DNA of 64,000 bases from an uncultured Methanosarcinaceae archaeon (GTDB lineage Archaea > Halobacteriota > Methanosarcinia > Methanosarcinales > Methanosarcinaceae), in the NCBI GenBank assembly GCA_963733675.1, contig CAVTET010000005.1, forward strand, positions 192,001 through 256,000, in the 5' to 3' direction. The position numbers were made by a program, and so were the translations under genes. Shown in pieces: positions 57,065 through 64,000 of this stretch (the stretch's first letter is position 1; every line of letters begins with the position of its first letter). The notes beneath the pieces are model-generated. The model was given only the letters and a program-made list of their open reading frames with translations. It had not been told where the DNA came from and ran no database searches.

Positions 57065-57233
57065 AGCCTTAGAATCTAATTAATATCAAATTGAGTAAAA
57101 TTTTGATAAAATAAGCTTTTTTGGTTATTATTAAGAAAGTAAATTTTGTGAAAGACAATAAAAATTCACTTAATAATGGATAAATTTGCCAAAACAGCAT
57201 AATTTTAGCTTAAATTAAGGACGGAGACTCTAT

Positions 57234-58592
57234 ATGACATTATTCGGAACAAACGGTGTGCGTGGTATCGCTAATGAATACATAACTCCAGAACTGGCAG
57301 TCAATTTAGCTAGAAGTCTTGGTACATACATGGGTTCGAAAGGCACGGTTGCTATAGGATGTGACACTAGAATTTCGGGTCAGATGCTGAAATTTGCCGC
57401 AATTTCTGGAGCTCTGTCAAGAGGCCTCACTGTTATTGATGTGGGAACTGTTCCTACCCCTTCCATCCAGTATTATGTGCGCGACCATGCCGATGCCGGG
57501 ATAGTTGTTACTGCATCCCATAATCCAAGGCAATATAATGGAATTAAATTTATTGCAGGGGATGGCTCGGAATTTTCCAGGGATGGAGAAAAAGACATAG
57601 AAAAAATATATTATGCGGGGGAATATTCCATCGTATCTTGGGAGAAAACCGGCAACTTCAGTAACGATCCTGGAGTCAATGAATACTACATAAAAAATAT
57701 TATCAACTCAGTAAATGCCGAAGCCATCCGCAGCCGCAGATTCAAAGTAGTTGTAGATACAGGCTGTGGAGCAGGTTCTCTAACTCTTCCGTTTTTGCTC
57801 AGCAAACTGGGTTGCCAAATATTGACTCTTGAAGCTCAGCCTGATGGAACTTTCCCCTGGCGAAACCCAGAACCTTTACCTGAAGCCCTAACTGAACTTA
57901 CTAAACTCGTAAAAATTACTGGCGCTGACTTGGGAGTAGCTCAAGATGGGGATGCGGATAGAGTAGTCCTTATAGATGAAAATGGGGAATTCATAAATGC
58001 TGAAGTTTTGCTTGCCATGATGACAAAATATATACTTGAACATGAAAAAGGCCCTATAGTGACTCCTGTTAGCTCTTCTCAACGCATGGCCGACATTGCA
58101 AAGGATGCAGATATAAAACTATATTGGACTGCTGTCGGCTCAATCAACGTTGCCCGAAAAATGATGGAAGTAAATGCAGTATTCGGGGGTGAAGGTAATG
58201 GGGGTCTTATCTTCCCAAAACATCAGTATTGTAGAGACGGAGCAATGGCCTGTGCCGTGGTTCTTGAAATCCTGGCTAACGGAAAAAAGATTTCTGATCT
58301 TGCAAAAAGTGTGCCTGAATATTTCAACGCAAAGACAAAAGTCCCCTCTAAAAATATACAGGCCACAATGGAAATAGTGAAGCAAGAAGCTTCAGGACTT
58401 GGGTTCAAGATAGATGCTACAGACGGAATCAAAATATGGTATGAAGATGGCTGGGTTCTTATTCGTCCCTCTGGCACAGAACCTATTTTACGGGTCTTTG
58501 CTGAAGCAAAAAAGCAGGATAGAACAGAGGAACTTATGCAAGAGGGCCTGAATATGGTCAAAAGAGCAGAAAAAGCCTCAACCTGCGAATGA
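57234..58592 (+). CDS. Phosphohexomutase (phosphoglucosamine/phosphomanno-mutase paralog)
   Basis: LFGTNGVRG, TASHNP, DGDADR, GGEGNGG, RPSGTEP. Confidence 0.9.
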   Translation: MTLFGTNGVRGIANEYITPELAVNLARSLGTYMGSKGTVAIGCDTRISGQMLKFAAISGALSRGLTVIDVGTVPTPSIQYYVRDHADAGIVVTASHNPRQYNGIKFIAGDGSEFSRDGEKDIEKIYYAGEYSIVSWEKTGNFSNDPGVNEYYIKNIINSVNAEAIRSRRFKVVVDTGCGAGSLTLPFLLSKLGCQILTLEAQPDGTFPWRNPEPLPEALTELTKLVKITGADLGVAQDGDADRVVLIDENGEFINAEVLLAMMTKYILEHEKGPIVTPVSSSQRMADIAKDADIKLYWTAVGSINVARKMMEVNAVFGGEGNGGLIFPKHQYCRDGAMACAVVLEILANGKKISDLAKSVPEYFNAKTKVPSKNIQATMEIVKQEASGLGFKIDATDGIKIWYEDGWVLIRPSGTEPILRVFAEAKKQDRTEELMQEGLNMVKRAEKASTCE

Positions 58593-59158
58593 ACTTTCGA
58601 GTAGGCTATCAGCGAATGAATGTGAACTCTTTAATGTAGCAACTTCTTGATAAAACTTTATCACCTTTATGCAGCTTTGATAATCTCATTGGACGATGAC
58701 CACAAGGAATACAGTGCTACAATTATTCTATAAAGTAGTTTTAGAAAAAAATGATGCGCTATATAATATGAAAGTGTATCGAAAGTCCTGTAAAAATGAC
58801 TGTTATCTATCCTTTTGCTTCACTGCAAAAAATAGGATTTATCGTTTTACTTATGCATAGGTTTTATAATAAAAACGGTGCATTTAAAAACCTGTTTTGT
58901 AAGCTTACTAATTGACCTTGGATTCTGTTTTATGATGGAGAAAAAAGATGTAGAATTGATCCCATTCGTTATTTTAAATTAATTCTACAAAAAATAGTTT
59001 CTGAATAAAATTTATTTTTCCCTAAAATGTTTTAATATCTAACAATATATTAAAATTAACAATAAACTATATTAATCTTCTAATAAAAGTTTGCTCCCAT
59101 GAAATTTCCCAAAACAAAACAGAATTAATATAAAATTATTATTAGATATTCAAACATT

Positions 59159-60118
59159 TTATGGGAAAATACATTTTAGGAATAGAGGTCCAGCGTCATT
59201 CATCAGATTTTTCAAATAGAGCAGGATACCTTTTTTTAATTGTATGAAAATATCCTGGTCTAATTTTGTATCATGTAGTGTTTTCACTTTTGAAAGCTGG
59301 TCAATCGATAAATGCTGAGCTCCTTCAAGGTTAGCTCCTTCAAGGTTAGTTCCTTCAAAGTCAGCCCCTTCAAAATTAGCCTTTTTAAGGTTAGCTCTTT
59401 CAAAGGAAGCTCTTTTAAGGTCAGCCCTTTCAAGATTAACTTCTTCAAGATTAGCTTCTTCAAAGTTAGTACCTGCAAAATTAGCCCCTTCAAGCTTAGC
59501 CCTTTTAAGGTTAGCTCTTTCAAGGAAAGCTCCTTTAAAGTAAGCTTTTTCAAGATTGGAACCTTCAAGGTTAGCTTCTTGAAGATTAGCTCTTTCAAGT
59601 TTAGCCCCTTCAAGTTTAGCCTTTTTAAAATCAACCCTTTCAAGATTAGCTTCTTCAAGTTTAGCTTCTTCAAGATTAGCTCCTTGAAGATTAGCCCCTA
59701 TAAGATTAGCTCCTTGAAGATTCGCTTTTATAAGATAAGCTCCTTCAAGATTAGCTTCTATAAGATAAGCCCCTTTAAGGTTTGCTTCTTCGAGTTTAGC
59801 CTCTTGAAGGTCAACTCCATAAAGGTTAGCTCCCCGAAGGTTAGCCCTTTCAAGGTTAGCTCCGTAAAGATTAGCTCCTTGGAGGTTGGCCTCTTTAAGG
59901 TTAGCTTCTTTAAAGCTAGCCAAATGAAGTTTAGCCAATTGAAGGGTGGTCTTTTCAAGTTTAGCTTCTATAAGATTAGCCCCTTCTAGGTTAGCCTCTG
60001 TAAGATCAGCATGAGAAAGATCAACTCCTCGAAGGTTTGCCTCTTTAAGGTTAGCTCCACGAAGATCAGCTCCTTCAAGTTTAGCTCCTCGAAGGTCTTT
60101 TCTCTCTGAAATATCCAT
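59159..60118 (-). CDS. Pentapeptide-repeat protein
   Basis: About 50 tandem A(N/D/K)LxG/E-type pentapeptides; C-terminal AQHLSIDQLSKVKTL; ATG at 60118 (the track starts at TTG 60124). Confidence 0.88.
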   Translation of the reverse strand: MDISERKDLRGAKLEGADLRGANLKEANLRGVDLSHADLTEANLEGANLIEAKLEKTTLQLAKLHLASFKEANLKEANLQGANLYGANLERANLRGANLYGVDLQEAKLEEANLKGAYLIEANLEGAYLIKANLQGANLIGANLQGANLEEAKLEEANLERVDFKKAKLEGAKLERANLQEANLEGSNLEKAYFKGAFLERANLKRAKLEGANFAGTNFEEANLEEVNLERADLKRASFERANLKKANFEGADFEGTNLEGANLEGAQHLSIDQLSKVKTLHDTKLDQDIFIQLKKGILLYLKNLMNDAGPLFLKCIFP

Positions 60119-60805
60119 ATACAACTATCTGCTTTTGAGTATAATAAACATTACTAATGATAAGAAGATATCTTCTGCTCTTCAGGATTTAGTTTTAAAA
60201 ATAATATCTGTTTATATAGTCTGGATCTTAAAACCCGCACTAAATGATAGCTACATTCTTAAGATAAAAACAGTACAGAAATGCTCTCAAATTTTAGCTG
60301 AAGCTAGGAGAATACATCGATTTTACTATAAAAAAACGATGTATGAAAAATTCCAAATCAAAATGAATCAATCATAAAAAGTAAACAAAAATGTGACTTT
60401 GAATTTACATCATATTTGCTACCCTGTCCGAAATCTATGAAACAATGAATATGATATAGGAAACATCTAAAGAAGCTCATTAAGGCACTTCGACCATATG
60501 TGGAGTTAGCTTCATCTTGCAAAAGAGTTATAATGGATTTGACGGACCTTTTTCCAACGCTTTCTTTCCAAAAGGCGCCTACATATCGTCAAATGCATAA
60601 TCCTGCTTTAAATGGCGTATCATCATGACGCTAAGGCACTTATTGATTGATTGGAAAGACTGTTTATTTTTGCTTTAGTTAGTTTATAAACCAAAAGGTA
60701 GCTCAATACTTCGCTCCTTATATATTGCGGTTCATTAAATGCTTGGATCACATAACCTTTAGTTAAGCTTTGACTCTAGGCTTAGCAGGATGACTGCATT
60801 TTCCA

Positions 60806-62181
60806 TTAAATGATTGATTGGTCATTTTTATTGGGATGGAGTCGTTTTTCTCTAGCAATAAAATCCTTTGCCAGAGCATGATAGAGGGAAACAGGGCAAA
60901 TCAACTTGCTAACGCCCGAAGCAATGACACTAGCAGCAATCAGAGGAATTGGAAGAGATTGGCGTCCTGTTATTTCCAGAATAATAACAAAGGCCGTAAT
61001 CGGCGCTTGAGTCACCCCTGCGAAATAGGCTACCATGCCTAGAAGAACGATACCTGTCACGGGTGTTGATGGAAACCATGGGGCCATTGAAGCTCCAAGG
61101 CTGGCGCCAACCGAAAGACTTGGAGAAAAGATGCCTCCCGGGATGCCACTAAATCCGGAAACTGCTGTAGCTAAAAACTTGGCAATTGTATAGAGCCACG
61201 AACCAGTATTTTCTCCATGTAACAAGCCCTTAGCCAACTCATACCCGGAGCCATAAGTCGCATTGTTCGTTATGAGACCAAAAAAAGCTATTAAAAGGCT
61301 GCAAATTGCACCGAAGATTGCAGGATGATGAATATTTCTTTTCTGGAAAAAAGCATATAATATTTTGCCCCCGTCAATGAGCATGCGGGCAAATAACCCC
61401 CTAACAATCCACCCATAATGCCGATAATTATGATTGCGATGATATCACGTTTTAAATTGTAGCCACCGACGGCATAACCGAAGTAACTGTAGTTCCCAAG
61501 GATAGAAAGCGAAGACGCGCCTGCAAAAATAATTGCAGTCAGCACTAAACTGCTGTATTTTTGCTCAAACGCACGAGCCATTTCTTCGATTGCAAAAACA
61601 ATACCTGCCAGAGGTGTATTAAAAGCTGCCGCTATACCAGCAGCAGCTCCTGCAAGAGTAACGCTGCGAGACATATCAGCCTTCATTTTTCCAAGATAGC
61701 CTCCCATATAAAGTAACCCAGCGCCTACTTGCACGGTGGGGTCTTCGCGTCCGATAGATGCACCCCCAAGAAGACCAAGCACAGTAAGGAATATCTTGCC
61801 AAAAATGTTTGATATTCCTAAAAGAGAATCTCGTTGCTAGTGCATTTCGACGGAACGCGCTGCAATGACTTGTGGAATGCCACTGCCTGCGGAGTTTGGG
61901 CAAAATCTGACGGTAAGCCAAGCAGTAAGCCCAAACAAGAGAGGACATACAATAATCGGCAAAAACCTGTTGAATGAGACTATTATCATAAAAAATTTTT
62001 GTGCATAATCGGAAATATATGCAAATCCAGCCGCGATTATCCCTATTACAACAGCGCCACACGAAAAGATAATTCTATTGCGCCATTGCTGAAAAGAATG
62101 GATGACTTTTTCAGTTTTATAAAATTTTTGTTCGATCATGGTCTTTGCTATGAGAAGTCCTGCTAAAGGCTGTTTCATCAT
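60806..62181 (-). pseudogene. ClC-family chloride channel/antiporter, disrupted
   Basis: GSGIPQV, GASIGREDP, AAFNTPLAGIVFAIEE, GGIFSPSL, LYHAL; in-frame TAG at 61837-61839 and a 1-nt frameshift at the G5 tract near 61397; span 1376 nt, one short of 459 codons. Confidence 0.88.
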
Positions 62182-62499
62182 CTGTAGAAAATAGATTAAT
62201 CACCAAATCCGGTTGCTGCCATATATCCAACGGGATATTGTCGGCGATAGTGCACTTACTCTGTTACCGGTACAATCAGTTAATAGCCCTCAATTTGAAG
62301 AGAATTTACTCCCGGCGATGATGGAGCGCTTATTCGTATGTCAGTCAGTTGGCAGCATCTAAAAAACATTTTTGAATCTCCTGCTGTAACATTTCTATGA
62401 TTACTAATTGGTTGACCTTGTCAACACCTTCGGTACCCAGCTTGACGGAATATCTAGATTTTTATAATTTATAATAATACTTACTATTTTTCCAATAGG

Positions 62500-63638
62500 C
62501 AGGAGGATTATCTTCAATTATCAAATACTTACTCTTATCAAGAATAATCTCTGAGATGACTAATTTGACTACAACTAAATTGGTTTGATGTGGTTTTCTA
62601 ATAATTTTTGATTTTTGAGTGTAAAATTCTAGTATATATATCTTCTTCGATTCTTAGATTAACCTTTGATCCAATATTTTATTAATTACTTCTTCATATT
62701 TTGTTTCTGCTTTCTTTATTAGTTCTTCAATGCTTTAGATTAGTGAATCTATTTTTTTGCCGATTGTATCCAATTTTTTTGATTGTGTTTGTATATTCTT
62801 GCTTCTACTAATTTTTTCATATTATTCGCGTCGTTCATTAAATCCTTGAAATACTTGAGTTTTTCCATTTCTATATAAGATTTGCTTTTATTTTTTAAAA
62901 CTAACATTCTTCGATCTTTCTGTTATGTTCTTGTTTATCGCGATCATTTTCTTTATTCACTTATATAACTTTCTTTATCGATTTTCCCATCTTTTATTCC
63001 TAAATTTTCAGGCATATTTCAGCACTGAGTTATTTATTCCAATGTCCTCATGTTTTCTAATTACTAACTGCAGATATGCTTCTATATAACCTGTATGCTT
63101 TGTTAGCATGTGATTTGTTTTATCGTTTTTCAGGACTCTTCAGAATTCTTCGAAAAAGTTCCAGCCAAGCTCCATCAAGGATACAGGATACCTCTTTTCC
63201 CATAGAACCTCCTGAACTTATTATCATTATTGATGTAAAAGCTTCAAGGATAGAATCGATAAGATTTAGCTTTGCCTTCGGATAGCTATAGTTTCTATAG
63301 CCCTTAAACTCCATAACTTTTCTTTATCATAAAAAAACAATATTTGGTTGGTATATTTAAGCACGCTCAACATCCAGGAAAGCACTCTGGGAGGATATAT
63401 TAAGCATATTAGTAGGAATCATTACCTGATAATCGGACATGTTTTGTAAATCTGTTGGAATAACCTGAATTTGAGTATAAGCTCCCATATTTATTGCATT
63501 TATTTTTGGTGTGTGCCCTGTTTTATACCCCCAAACTTCATTAATTTCTCTTTTTACTCCATGGCTTTTTGGTGAATCGCCTTGTGATAGCATCCATTGC
63601 TTTGGAGTATATAAGTATTGTGTGTTTTGGTTTGTCAT
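62500..63638 (-). pseudogene. Degraded gene of unknown identity (Lys-rich, many stops; possibly mobile-element derived)
   Basis: 93-aa ORF at 63638-63357 is followed by coding-like but stop-riddled sequence; no family recognised. Confidence 0.25.
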
Positions 63639-63776
63639 AAGCGGTGCACGCAGAGTTGTGAAATTTTCAACACTTCAATAAACATGGGAATAATCCTTAA
63701 AAATTAAGCAGGGAAGGTTTAAACTTTGTTGTAACCTAACATTACTTTTGAATTTTGTTCTGTATGGCTAAGTAAT

Positions 63777-64000
63777 CTATATATATACTTTCAAAAATTC
63801 TGTGACGATAAAGGCGATCAAGGCATATTCCCATACAAAAATTGCTAGATCCCAGCCCATTGCCGGGAGTAAAAATCCATAAACTGTAATAAGAGTAGCA
63901 ATCATTTGCGTTACTATGATAGCTATGAATAAGATTTTTGCTGGTTTTACGGACCAAAAGTGACCTTTCGTTCTTGCTACAAACATGGTCAACTGGCCTG
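63777..64000 (-). CDS. 3' end of a P-type plasma-membrane H+-ATPase (partial, window edge)
   Basis: AGQLTMFVARTKGHFWSVKP...TQMIATLITVYG.L..MGW..A.FVW.YAL..F...LK matches the C-terminal TM region of P3A ATPases. Confidence 0.8.
   Translation of the reverse strand, partial: GQLTMFVARTKGHFWSVKPAKILFIAIIVTQMIATLITVYGFLLPAMGWDLAIFVWEYALIAFIVTEFLKVYI

Noticed and set aside
59284-59989. Overlapping ORFs with LKxLxL and FKxSx repeats
   Set aside because: Artefacts of the 15-bp periodicity of the pentapeptide gene.
62185-62460. Fluoride riboswitch upstream of the ClC gene
   Set aside because: The GGCGAT-like seeds are on the wrong strand and incomplete, and the ClC has the canonical GSGIP motif rather than a fluoride-type signature.

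Overview
AT-rich archaeal chromosomal segment, almost certainly from Methanosarcina (inferred from group I GroEL/GroES alongside membrane-bound archaeal LonB, DUF63, TPR and pentapeptide families, and the bacterial-type folate C1 genes). Housekeeping blocks: argJ 3' end, groES-groEL, lonB-tldD-pmbA, purN-glyA-folD / folP-metV-metF, glmU-glmS-glmM-glmU and a second phosphohexomutase. Accessory content: a DUF4011 SF1 helicase-nuclease (Hhe-like, possible defence), a secreted Gly/Tyr/Trp/Cys-rich peptide, a Zn/Mn ABC importer with a frameshifted DtxR-family regulator, an ABC-2 exporter, decaying TPR genes, a pentapeptide-repeat protein, a broken ClC gene and the 3' end of a P-type H+-ATPase. The long intergenic regions hold many mobile relics: one intact-looking IS6, an IS5-family element splitting a TPR gene, three decayed copies of another IS5-family element, an IS110 fragment, and about 9 copies of a ~95-bp MITE sharing termini with those decayed IS5 copies. 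The most striking non-coding structure is a perfect 100-bp inverted repeat at 50973-51211. I saw no rRNA, tRNA or CRISPR array. All family assignments come from motif recognition by eye, not from database searches, and I found no clearly complete novel multi-gene system.
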